A DNA stretch of 64,000 nt from contig MU058636.1 of assembly GCA_013265495.1 (NCBI GenBank), positions 1,054,001 to 1,118,000 on the forward strand, given 5' to 3'. A program made the translations under genes and the position numbers. The stretch's first letter is position 1. The number at the start of each line of letters is the position of its first letter. The notes under the pieces are model-generated. The model did no database searches, was not told the origin of the DNA, and saw only the letters and a program-made list of their open reading frames with translations. Of this stretch, positions 36,596 to 48,584 are shown in pieces. Origin of the DNA: Vicugna vicugna (taxonomy: Eukaryota).

Positions 36596-38479
36596 CACTC
36601 AGGCCTTTTTGCCTTCCCCTCCCCGCATCCCTAACAGAACTCAGTCTGGGCAGACAGGTGGGTCACTAATTAAGGACAAGCAGGTGTAATCTGGGCTGCG
36701 ATAAGGGAAAGCCAGGGGCTAGTGGGGAGAGACGCCAAGCACGTTATGAAGATAATGGGGACGGGGCCTCCCTTCTCCCTGTGAAGGCAGGACTCAGGCT
36801 GTCTTGGCCCCAGGAGTCGAGTCCCAGTGCCCAGGGGGACCTTGGCTGGCACCCAGGAAGCCGCGCGGCCCCAGGCTCTGCCCTGGAGGGCGAGGGCAGC
36901 CTCTGGGAGGACCCTGCTCCCAGCTCTGCACAAGTTCTGTCCTGTGAAATGGTCTCATTTCCACTGAAGTGTGGATCCTGTCCCTCCCAAGAGTTGGGAA
37001 TCCTTCAGACATTCTTCGTGTGACATCCAGCAAACTCGCCAAGGAGGAAGAAACGCAGCTCGAATTGTTTATTCTTTCAAACACATTTAGAACAGATTCA
37101 AGGTTTCTGCAGGGTGGCTGTCATCCACACTTGTATCCGGGTGGGTTCTCTGGAAAGAAACTGGAACGGGAGGAGTCACAGGCTCTGTGTGGGTGGCAGG
37201 GCTCAGGGCTGGTCCTCCCGGCGGGACCAGACACGGGGCTCCACTTGCTTTGGGCTTCGAGGCACAGTCTCACTTGACGGTATGGTGTTCTCTGCGCAGA
37301 AGATACCGCCCCTCGGCCCAGACGGCCTTGGCTCTGCCAGAGAAACTAAAGAAGGAATAGAGTGACGGGGTGGATGGAGAACACCCGGGGCCCTGGGGCC
37401 TGCGTCCTGGGGTGGGCGACTTGCTGGCGGGAAGCGACCTGAAGGTGTGCCCTCTAAGGGCAGTCTCCACCCGCAGCGCATCGTGGGCCAGGGCAGCTGG
37501 GCTTGGAAGCTTTAGGGAGGAGACACTGTGCAAAACCACCGTGTGTCCCTCTGCCTGCCCGCCTCCCAGCCCCCGTCCTCCACTGAAGTTCAGCCAGAGG
37601 GGACGCCTGAGAAGATAAACCTGCTTGTCCTCGCCTATGAAGAGGTGAGTTGTGATGTGACAGCTCTTGCCCACCCATCCTTCGATTTCTGCTGAAACTG
37701 TGCACCTCGCTGGCCATTCCTAGCCAAGGAGGTGTTTCCTGAGCTTTGATGGCTCTCTCAGCTCCAGGCAGGTGGCCTTTTTTTCTTCTTTGATGAATCT
37801 GCTGACCTTCAGAAGCCTGGGGGCCAGGGACCCCACAAGGTGGCAGGTCAGGAGACCCACCGGACCAGGCTGGGCTGGTGGTTCGAGTTGGGCTGGGCGG
37901 GGGAGCGGGGGTCCCGGCAGCTGTGAGATGCGAGAGGAGCCTCGCCGGGAGGTTCCCAGAGGCTCATGCAAAGCAAGTGTTTTTATACCTTTATACCAGG
38001 TTTATACCGTGTTAGTAAATGCGATGGTGAGTGAATATCACTTTCTCAGCAGCTGGATGAGACTCTCCCCTGAGTGAGACCTGCGTCTGGAGACTTTCCT
38101 TAAACTCATCAGGATTTGGGACAGAGGCTGGGCTCCCGGGCCGTGGGCCAGCTGCTGCCTGAGCTGGGATCAGCCAAGACAGGAGTCTTTCTCTGAAGAC
38201 AGTGGAGGAGGCCGTCTGGGCTGACTGCCCCCGGGGAGGAGGGGCGCGGGACGCTGCTGGTGGGGCGGAGGAGGGCAGTATGAGGTTGGAGAAGAGGGAT
38301 GTCCGGGGGCATCTGGGGTGAGACAACACACTATATGACGGACACTTCCCTTGACCTCACACGTGTTGGGGAAACCGGTGTGTCACAGCAGGACCAAGAT
38401 TTATGTCAAGTTCGCAAGGGAACAGCTGATGCTGGGTTACACTGATGCTTCCAAGTGCATCGAACACTGACTGTGCTTT

Positions 38480-38790
38480 GGGGACAGTGTGTCCCAGCGG
38501 CTAAGGGCACAGGCTTTGGAGTCCAGCACATCTGGGTTCAAGTTCTTGAGTCAACAGTGAATAAACACGTGTTAACTAACAAACTCTCGTCCAGGCATAG
38601 TTCTAGGGGTTTGGGCATAAAACAGAGGTTGGAATTTCAGCTCTGGGGCCTTCATCAAGTTAAGTAATTTCTTTAAGTGCCCTGATGTGACCTGGAGATG
38701 AGACATTTGATACCTACAGAGACACACCCACGTCCGAAAGTTGTCATCAGGGTTAAATGGGATTAAATGCATTGAAAGCACTTCCACGGC
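38480..38790. mobile_element. MIR relics
   Basis: GGCTAAGGGCACAGGCTTTGGAGTC...CTGGGTTCAAG; AAGTTGTCATCAGGGTTAAATGGGAT. Confidence 0.55.
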
Positions 38791-39524
38791 TCTAACTGGG
38801 AAAAAACCCTGTTTTAATACCATCTCTCCTTCTTATTCCATTCCCCACTAATACTGAAAGATTGCTCTCCTTAAAGTCCTTTATAGCTTTAAGGGAGTAA
38901 TTAGGTCGCTAACTGACCTCCTTTCCTCCAGGACAGGTAACTCAACTCTTTCCATCTTTCCTCATTGGCTCTACTTCCTGACCTTTTCATCACCTTTTAA
39001 ACTGAATTGATTCCAGCTTCTCTGTAACCATGTCCAAGATGGTGTCCCCAGGTGGGCACACGGACTAATAAAATGCAACCCGGGCAGAGGTGAGGGGAGA
39101 GGCCGTTCTTGGCCCTCCTTCCCTGTTTGCGTGGAGCCTCATTCCTCACAGTCTCTCCTCCCTGTGCCTCTGTGGGTTGAGAAGGAGCCACCAACAGTCA
39201 CCACTGGGGTATGACCCGCCAGGCAAGCTACTCACTCAACAGAATCATTCAGATTCTGCCTGCCCCTGTCTGTGCAAACATACTGAGAGTAGAATCAAGT
39301 CTGCTGAGAACATCTGCATGTACTGCTGGCAAACCTGTGAGTCACTACCTGGAGGGCAGTTTGGAATGTTGATGCATTAATTCCTCTTCTAGGATTTTTA
39401 GAGAAAAATCGTAAGTGTGGACAAACGTGTGTCTGGAGATGTTCCTTGAAGCATGTTTCTAGTAATAAAATTGGAAATGGTCTGGATGATCAATAAAAAG
39501 AGGATTGGTTAAATAAACAACAGT

Positions 39525-39814
39525 ATTTTTTTTAATTGAAGTATAGTTGGCTTACAAGGTGGTGTTAATTGCTGGTGTACAGCATAGTGTTTCAGTTATA
39601 CACACGTGTGTGTGTGTGTGTGTGTGTGTGTATTCCTTTTCATTATAGGTTATTACAAGGTATTGAATATAGTTCCCTATGCTGTACAGTAAGACCTTGT
39701 TGTTTATCTATTTTATATACAGTAGTGTGTATCTGCTAATCCCAAACTCCCAATTTATCCCTCCCCAACCCCCCTTCCCCCTCAGTAATCATAAGCTTGT
39801 TTTCTATGTGAGTC
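39525..39814 (-). mobile_element. L1 3' end with (TG)n, nested in an older + strand L1 3' region (~39380-40160)
   Basis: Family match to 10131-10660; TSD AAACAACAGT at 39515-39524 and 39815-39824. Confidence 0.8.
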
Positions 39815-41567
39815 AAACAACAGTGTTTTCATTTGATACCGTGCTATAGGGCCATTAAAAGGTATGTATGTGGCCAAAGACCAGGCCACGCCTGTGGCCA
39901 TGTGTTCACTGTACAATAAGTGACAAAACAGTAGCTTAAAAAAATTCTGTTATAAAACAGAACGCAGGTGACACACTTAGCACTTTGCCTGGCTCCGTAA
40001 GTGGCAGCCCCGCTTCCAACAGCATGAGCCGCGGGCTTGGAGGAGCGTTCGTGAGTAACGGAGGGAAACACATGACAACTGCCCGTGGTTACCAGCGGGC
40101 GGGAGCGTTCCAGGAGAGTGTGTCCTCCTCCGCGCATCCCTGAATCTTCCGGAGCGTCAGGAATGAACCAGGACTTTTCCTCTAGTGTCTCGCTGACATC
40201 TGCTACACGGCCCCGGCTCCATCCCTTTAGAACAGTCTCAGCTGGAAGCGGGGACAGGCCAACCCACTCCGTTTCCTCGAGCTGTGACTGGAGCCCACCC
40301 CTGCCCTCTCTAGGCTTTGTCTACCCATTTGGGAAATAACAGCTGGCTTTTTTTAGGTTGGGGATACTTGCTTATGCTGACACTCAGGAGAATCCTCATT
40401 TGTGATAATAAAAATAGTTCCACTTGTGATGAAATAAGAAGGTCTGTTTCCTGTTTCTTTTCCCCATTTGGTGGGAGACAGTCCCACTTACTCTGAGTCT
40501 GGGCTAGGTCCCCGCAGCCGCCCTGGAAGTGCACGACAGGAAGGACAAGGCCTGGGGCAGGACAGGCCGCTGCTACCTGGGCGAAGAGCATCTTCCCGGA
40601 TCCTGTGTCTCCTCCAGATTCACAGAGAGAAAAGGCGGTGCTGAACCCAGACCCAGGCACGGGAGAGGGTCCCGTTCCTGCTCCCTCCCAACCCTGTCAC
40701 CTATCAGAGGAAGGAGGGGTAGACTAAGGACTCTAAAATCTGACCCCAAAACTTGCAGGTCAGGAAAGTGTCAGTGATGTGTGATGAGGCAGCCTGCTGG
40801 CCTGCCTACCCATCTTGGATCAACGCCCGCCTTCTTTCATCTGACTTGGTTCCCTGCCCTGGAGGCAGGAGAGCTGGCAGGGGACCAGCCCTGGGAACTT
40901 GTGGACCAGAATTACTCCGTGCAAGGACTTGCGGCTGGGGAGAGAGACCAGGGCAACATGCTCAGGGGCTGGTCTCTCTCCACACCCACTGTCCCTAGTA
41001 CAGGCCAGGGAGGTGGCCAGGCAGAGCACAGAGGGACGGCGACTTCCCTCCCAGAGCCCACAGCCTGGGGTTTGTCCCCCAGTCAGACTTCATGAGCTCT
41101 CCCCAGCCCAGAAGAAAAGGGTACATACAATGCATTTCCACCATAGACATGTTCCTAAAACACGCTAAACCTTCAAAGGCAAAAATCAGAATTCACTTTG
41201 GGAGATTCAGGTAAATTTTATTTATTTGCTGCTTAATTTATGGCTTGACCCATATCATCTTTGCCTGTTTCAGATCTTGTGCATTCTAAAGCTGTTTAGT
41301 TTAAGCAAAAATCAGCCTAATCAGGATTCTGCAGAAATTCAATTAAATGAAATTTTGTTACCTTTTTGAGGTTTTGTTTTTCCAGAAACCTAAACTTCTA
41401 GAGTCAAATCTCTGCAATCTAGACACAGGTGAGCCCCTGTTTCTAAAGGGCACATTTAGATACACTGAAAAGAATCAACAAATGTGTCTATTCAGCATCA
41501 AGAAATGCACAATCTTTTCTACGAAGCAAAATTTGTCATATATACCACGTATGAAATGACACAAACG

Positions 41568-41623
41568 CCGTGGACAATTATTTTTTAATAAAGTACCGTG
41601 GACAATTGTCTTTTAATAAAGTA
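41568..41623 (+). repeat. 28-bp tandem duplication CCGTGGACAATT(A/G)T(T/C)TTTTAATAAAGTA x2
   Basis: Directly visible, 2 mismatches. Confidence 0.9.
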
Positions 41624-42619
41624 TTACAATGTGAGCGAAAACTACATTTTCAATTTAGCAGCAGTTACAGTGCAGTGCAAACTGGGACATTAGACAGAGT
41701 TGCTTTTTGCCATTTAAAAAACTAAAGTTCATGAGTCATCATGCAAATCACATGAGGCTGATTTTAATCCACAGTTGAAACCTTGAGGAACTTAAGGGAA
41801 GAACTGAATCTATTTTCAGTATTTGACATTTTAAAGATTAGGTTTCAAAGAGTCACAATCATTTTGTAAGAGAAGGTATGAAAGTTAACGACAGGCTCTT
41901 CACACGACGAGCCTGCAGCTCCCGGGGCCCGGGAGGCAGCCCCCGGGGCCCAGGCGGCTGGGGCGGTCAGCGTGTTGCTTTCACTGGAGGTGGGGCTCGA
42001 GCCGCGAAGTCAGAGATGAGAGTCGAGCAAATTGAACTCTCAAGGGAAAGTGATACCCAAAAAATGATACAGAAAGAAAAGTACTGTCAATTGTCTCGCA
42101 TCTTTCTCCTCCTGTTTCTCAGGAATCAGTGGGGGGATGGCAGTGGGTGCAAAAGAAATTGCAGGAAATGCAGAGTTTGGAAGATGACAGGGTTTTATTA
42201 GGATCTAGGAAACGCCTTCCTCCTTGTGGCTGATCTGACAAGCAAACCTGCAGGTGACCGTGTCTGTGATGACGGCCACCCGTTCAGCTGCTCCAGTGGA
42301 GGCAGAAACCGGACTTCCCACTCTTACCTGGTCCTCCGGTCGGGCCCCAGCTCCCCCACCACGCCCTGTGCACAGATGTTTCAGGGCTCAATGCACTGTT
42401 TCTAGTGCTAACGTAGCCCTTGGGAAAGGCTCAGTTTGCTGCTTTTGAAGCCAAGGTCAACATCCCTGAATTCCACCTTCACTCTTTCCCGTCCCTCTGC
42501 CCTGCCCGTCTCCAGGGACCAGACAGGACAGGAAGGGTAATTCGTAGATAATGGATTAGGTATATTTTATTGTTCTTTAAACATTAGAATTTGGTACCAT
42601 ATATTTTATTCATTTATTT

Positions 42620-42932
42620 ATTTAACTACTTGATTGAGGCATGATTGAGATACAAAAAACTGTCCAAAATGACTGTAGGTAACTTGATGAGTCTGGCGAT
42701 AAATATACACCTGGGAATCCATCACCACAGTCTATGCCAGAAACCCACCCATTACCTCCAAAAGTCCCCTCCCATTCTCTTATTCACTATTATCATTTAT
42801 TATTACTATTAGTATAACACTTAACATAAGGTTTACCCTCTTAGCAAGACTTCAGGAACACAACGCACTGTTGTTCACAGCAGGCTATGCTGTACAACAG
42901 AGCCCTAGGACTTACCTTGTATGACTGAAACT
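42620..42932 (-). mobile_element. L1MA/MB 3' fragments
   Basis: TTGATTGAGGCATGATTG...AACTTGATGAGT...CCATCACCACA; AACACTTAACATAAG...CCCTCTTAGCAA. Confidence 0.65.
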
Positions 42933-43199
42933 AATGAACTGAATTTGCAAGGCAGAAAAAAATACCATTTTAAAAGAATCATTGGGAATCTTGTGAAGTC
43001 AAATTCTTGTCCAAGGTGACCATCGCTCCTAATGTTTCAGTTTCCTCAGTTTAAAATCTGCACACACAGATTTTCCTGAAACAAGGTGCTGTGCGTAATT
43101 TAAAGCCAGCAGACTGTCAAAGAGGACCAAGAGACAGAAACTTAATTCCTAAAAATGACACCTTTTTTTTTTAGTTTTTTTCGAAGTTTGTGGCTTTTT

Positions 43200-43350
43200 C
43201 TTTTCACTTTTTGGTTTGCAGTGCCGCGTCAGTTTCTGGCTACAGCGCAGCGAGGCAGCGGAACGCACGTGCCCGTCTCTCTTCTTCCTCACAGGCCGCT
43301 ACGAGCCGCCGAGCAGCGCTCCCTGTGCTCCACAGCGCGGCGCGGTTATT
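43200..43350 (-). mobile_element. L1 3' end copy, strongly GC-shifted
   Basis: Colinear with the other in-window L1 3' ends (AGTTTCTGG, TACAGC, TCCCTGTGCT..ACAG anchors). Confidence 0.7.
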
Positions 43351-43409
43351 TGTAAAGCGGTCTTTCCTGTCTTCGTCTCCATGAGAAACGCAGGGCGTCG
43401 CCCGGCACA

Positions 43410-43598
43410 GCAGTTGATACCACATGTGGCTTTTTTAATTGATTGAAATGAAACAAAATGAAAAATTCCGTTCCTCAGTCTCGCTGGCCACCTTTCCAAT
43501 GCTCAGTTGCCACGTGGGGCTGGCAGTTTCTGTCCTCAGTAGCGCACACAGAACATTTCCATTGTCACAGAACGTTCCATCGGACAGCCTTGCTCTAG
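43410..43598. mobile_element. MER3-like hAT relic
   Basis: CCACATGTGGC...AAAAATTCCGTTCCTCAGTC...GAACATTTCCATTGTCACAGAACGTTC..GGACAGC. Confidence 0.7.
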
Positions 43599-45454
43599 AA
43601 TTATTCTAGATCAAAATAGCTGGATATACACGGTATTACATAGAAGTACAGCTGATCCAGCTTTTAAAATAAGTCACCACTGACATAGCTTTTAATAAGT
43701 GCTTAGATTTGATTGCTCTATAGTAAGTATTTACCAAACAAAATTATACAATCCAAAATATGTAACACTGACATTACACACTGATATAAAGAACAACTCA
43801 CTACTTACTGAATTGTATGCTTTTATAAAGTATATAAAAACACATTCTTGATGCTTCAGTTTTGTCCTGGTCCCATTTAATTTTATCTCTTGCAGAAAAC
43901 TCAAGCTTGATTTAATACATCCTCAACAGTTTTTCATTGCCAAAACCCAAATGAGAATATACAGATTACACGTCCATCCTAGTGTGTGCACACGCACACA
44001 CTCCCGTGAATATAATTCTAGCTGTTCCTTGCTGTAAGGATTATTATTTTGGGGTCTCAAGTTCTATGAGTCAGCTGATTGCTGTGCTGAAACGAACTGT
44101 CAAATTCATCATTTTCAGTGAAATCCTTTATCAAATACATAGACCATCATCTTAGAAAGTCTGTAAGCTTGGCAGACTGGGAAACAGCCCGTCTGGGCTT
44201 CTCTCCCTCACTAGTACTAAGAAAGCAGCTTTAAAAAAATCCTGCTTTTTGTGGGTTAGCTTATGCCGTCGAGGGGTTCTTCAGGTTACCTGTGTTTCTG
44301 TACTTCAAATGTTTTCTAGGCTTCCTTCAAAAAATAATTGAGACTCAGGAAATACTCTTGTATTTAAGGACCAGGCCCCACTGAACAGTAGGGTGGAAGT
44401 CGGGGGATGGAGCCCCTCTATTTAAACATTCAGTGCAGATTACTTGATTCGCATCCGCTGTTCACAGAGTCAAGGAACGTCTCTCGGCATGTGGTAGAAG
44501 GCAGTCTTGTGCTCAGAGGAGTTACAACAAAGACAGTCTCAGATCCCGTCTTCCAGAAACTGCCTTCAGTATCGTGTAGACAAGCCTGCTGAGGACAGAC
44601 ACTCAGGTTAATCCTCAAGACAAATCCAAAGGAACAGGGTCTAGCGGGAGAGAGGGTGGCTGTGACATCTGGCAGACCTGCCACTTAGCAGGCGGAAGAT
44701 CACGTTCCTTAGTCTCTCAGTCCTTGGTATCCTCCGCATACTGCGGTGCCCGGGACAGCCGTCCTCCGATGAATTTTGCTATTTGCTGTCACTTTTAGCA
44801 ATAGTTGTATCAGGATTATTTCCACAAGCTGGTCGCCTGCCATGTGCGGGATTCCCTGCGCCTTCTCATAAAGGCTTCTTCTAAAAGCGTACTTGTCATG
44901 TCTGGTACCAGCCACGCACTTTCTGGCAGGACAGAAACGGGTTCTAGGCCTTTGCAAATCCCCCTTCAAAGCGTGCCAGCCTTGCTGTGACACAGAATCA
45001 CAGTGGCTGGTGTGTCTGTCTGGCTTTGTACTGATATTCTGGACGGGCAGAAGTCATATAACCTGTACTGAAGATGCAATGACTTCTGAAATGCAGCGTC
45101 ACTTGTTAAGGTGATAAATGGTTTTGGAGGATTTTGGCCAGAAGTGTGTTGAGCTTGCTCTCCATCTGGGTATGTAAACAGCCCCCCTTTTGAGGCTAGT
45201 TTTCAAATTCTACCTTGAAGGATGTGAAGAATGGCTAAGTCAGTACACGTATTAGCAGCAGTGCTAATAATAATAATAATACGAACGCAAAATAACATCC
45301 AAGCCGGTGTGTGCAGAGCGCCGTCTCCTAAACCTCTCCTGTGTCCTAACTCACCCGGCACGGTGGGTTCCTGGGTCAGGCCCCTTGCACAGAGCCAGGA
45401 CACGGAGGGTCAATCAGAAGTGACAGAGAAGGGACATGACCCCAGGTGGTCTGT

Positions 45455-45570
45455 GTCCAGAGCTGAGTCAGCAGGGCTGAGGTGAGGCCGGAGACTCTGC
45501 ATTTTTAACACGTTCCCAGGAGATGCCACTGCTGCTGGCTGCGGCCCACACCTACAGGCCCCGGGACCAG
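45455..45570. mobile_element. MER5A relic
   Basis: CTCTGCATTTTTAACACGTTCCCAGGAGATGCC.CTGCTGCTGG. Confidence 0.55.
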
Positions 45571-47099
45571 CAGAAGCGGAGGATAGTGGGTCATTCTGCT
45601 CCATGAAGCGCTGCATAAATGAGCCACTGTAGCCCAGTCTTGATGACTAGAGCTGAAGAGGTTGCAGAGAAATGGTAGATGTATGGGGGGAAAGAACAGG
45701 AAAATGAGCAAAAGGATATAGCAGAAAATAAATCCAAAAAAATGATTTCAGTAATTGGGATAACCTCGTGTGAAGAAGAGGATAGGGTTTCACTGATATT
45801 TCCAATATATAAATGTTGACTGCGATGAAGGCATTCTCGGTACCTCCAGGGGCTGGCCAAGATAAACAGACTTAGAGAGTAACAGGGAAGACTTCCACGC
45901 GGAATATTAACACACTGCTAAGCACTGAGGGAAGCTGTGCAGCTTCCCGAGGTATCCTGACTTCGATGATTTTGATTCAATATAGACAGTTCCACTCTGT
46001 GAATTTTCTTCCCATTGTTAGACCCTGTGGGTTCCAAGAATAAATTTGCTCATATTTCAAAAGGATCTCTTTCCTTTTAGCATCTTGTACTTGCCTGTTC
46101 ACATAGTCAGTTACCAGGGAAATCTGTGCCCTGGTACTGTTTCCTCCTCTGCTCCAAACTTGTTTTCAATTGAAAGTTTGTTCACTGATGATCTGATGCT
46201 AGTATTTGAGTGTTTATGATTTTTAAATTCCTAGATTTCTTCCGTAAATATTTTATACCACGGAGATATTTAAGCTAGATATTAAAATCCATTTCAACTA
46301 CGTACCTTAACATACTTCTATTGGATACAAAACGTTCTCATCTCCTTGGGCAGGAAAGAAGCAAGACGCAACGACCACCGTGACTACTAACATTAACATC
46401 GTTTCTGATGCTGAAAAATAACAAAAGCTTACAGATACATGTCAGAAGTCAAGGTGGGATATTTCAGAAAGTCTCTGATTTACCAGACTAGAAAAGGGTT
46501 GCTTTAGGATGAGTTCAGCTGAATTTTAGAACACAGAGAAAGAAAGTTTCGTCTCAGTTATCTCAGGATGAAATCAAGCAAGCACACACAGCCCCTCAAA
46601 CACAAACCACGGGGGTCATGCAGAAAACTGACCTTGAAAAAAATGGAGGTGCAAACCTTTGTTGCTAAGTATGCTCACACACATATATAGAAACACATTG
46701 CATTGTTATGTAGAGTTTCTGAAAGAATTACCCTAAGGCAATGGTAATCTGAATTTTTAAAAATGAGAACATTAACATGGAAAAAGTATATTTATAGAGC
46801 TTTACTAGATACTGAGAAATTCTAGGAAAAGTTCAAAGTTCATATCCATTAAACATAGACTAGTTATCTATTAACTTCTGACAAGAATACACACTTTAAA
46901 TATATATATTTAAAATACATTAAATTTGTATATTATATAATAATTATTATAAATTATAGTTATGACTTAATATGTATTATATATTCTATTTAAGTATATA
47001 TATTTTAAATTATTTATTCTTATCAGAGGTTTATATATGTGTGTGTGTGTGTGTGTATACATCTATATTTTAAGGATGCTGAAGGTGTGACACTTACCC

Positions 47100-47260
47100 T
47101 TGTGACTCCAAGTGTTGGCTACAGACCATCAGCTTCAGCATGACCTGGGAGCTTGCTAGAAATTCAGCAATGCCCAGATCTACTGAAGCAGAATCTGCAT
47201 TTTAACAAGAGTCTCAGGTGATTTGTGTATCTTTTAAATATTTAAATTTTGAGGATCCCT
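47100..47260. mobile_element. MER5A relic
   Basis: CAGCATGACCTGGGAGCTTGCTAGAAAT...CTACTGAAGCAGAATCTGCATTTTAACAAGA...CAGGTGATT. Confidence 0.7.
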
Positions 47261-47409
47261 AGTCAAAATTACCAGTACCTTTTTTCTGCATCGTTTGCCA
47301 GAGGACAATAGATCAGTAAACCTGTCTGTTAATTCAAACCACATTTTTACTTCCTTGATGTACATAAACTATGGTGATGATTCTAAAAGATCTAACCAGA
47401 TTTTAAGAT

Positions 47410-47708
47410 TCCAGTAAAGCCTGCCACCCCCCACCCCAGCCCCTTGTCTATAAAAAAGCCGAGTCTCCCCGCCTCCGTGAGTCACAGAAGAGCAGCTCCA
47501 GCAGTTGGTGAGGACAAGCCTGCAGGCACCGAGGGATGGCAAGGACTCTAACCACCTATCTCAACAGTTAACTGAGATCACTCACCCATTTCCCTTTAAA
47601 ACTTTCATAGCTGAACAGAATCTTTTGAAATTGGGGGGGGGAGGGGATGCTGGGTCCACCAGATTGCAGGCACTCTGATTAAAAGGCAACTTTCCTTTTT
47701 GTTACCAA
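47410..47708 (+). mobile_element. Partial ERV1-type LTR
   Basis: TATAAAA box, TTCCCTTTAAAACTTTCAT..CTGA.CAGAATCTT, ATTAAAAGGCAACTTTCCTTT end. Confidence 0.45.
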
Positions 47709-47711
47709 GGC

Positions 47712-48312
47712 TGTTGCCCCCGGATTCATACCCCTGGCCCTCCCTCAAACAGAAACCAATTACTCTTATCTAAGTGTCAGGAGGCAGCTGCAGAGAAGAA
47801 ACAAGAACTGGTTAGAACCGACACAGAGTCCAAGATGGTGGAGGACTTGACTTCCAGTGACCTTGAGCCTCATTATTCGTTCGTTGTAATGCATTAGCTG
47901 CTAAGTGGCACACCCACCAACACCATGACAGTCGCAATCACCATGACAACAACCGGAAGGGTCCACACAAGCACTGAAAAACCCGAACAAGGACTGATTG
48001 GCTCCACCACGCCCAGAAGGAGGACTTGATGGTGGGAGCCTCCCGTAAAAGTCCACGTGGCCCAGCCCAGGCAGGAGCTGTCTCTGCCGCCCACCTTGGC
48101 TGACGGCTCCCCACCTGAGCGCCTCTCCTGCTTGAGAGCTTTTCCTCCCTCTCTCTGCTCCAGCACTTGCCTTTCACTTCCCCTTCTGAGCAATAAAGTG
48201 CCTGTTCACTTCATCCCTCTGCCTCTGCCGTGCAAATGCTTCCACAGCCAGCGGCAAGCACCCACACTTCAGTGGGCTTCCTCATTTAGGGGTCCCTCCC
48301 TCCACTACCACA
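47712..48312 (+). mobile_element. Solo ERV1-type LTR (~600 bp)
   Basis: TG...CA termini, CAAGATGG..GACTTGACTTCC..TGACC, CACACCCACC..CACCATGACAGT, ATTGG box, AATAAA at ~48192. Confidence 0.65.
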
Positions 48313-48584
48313 GCCAGGTGTCAAAACCATCCAATAATCACGACATCTTTTAAAGAGGACAAGAAGGCCATCTGTCCCTTTATTACACCAGGCATATAAT
48401 CCAAGTGGAAACAAATGTTCAATATAACACCAACATAGTCACTTATTTAATATGCATTTTAAATTTGAAATGCTAAGTCATCCTAATTTCATAGGATATA
48501 TATTTATCATGAAATAAAGTCAATCATTTTAATAATGGACTAAGCATTTCTCTAAAAAAACTAAGTTTAAAGTTTTTAAAGATA

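Noticed and set aside
41568..41623. CRISPR-like direct repeat (also considered 16902-16968)
   Set aside because: Only two copies, no spacer array, no cas genes, mammalian context
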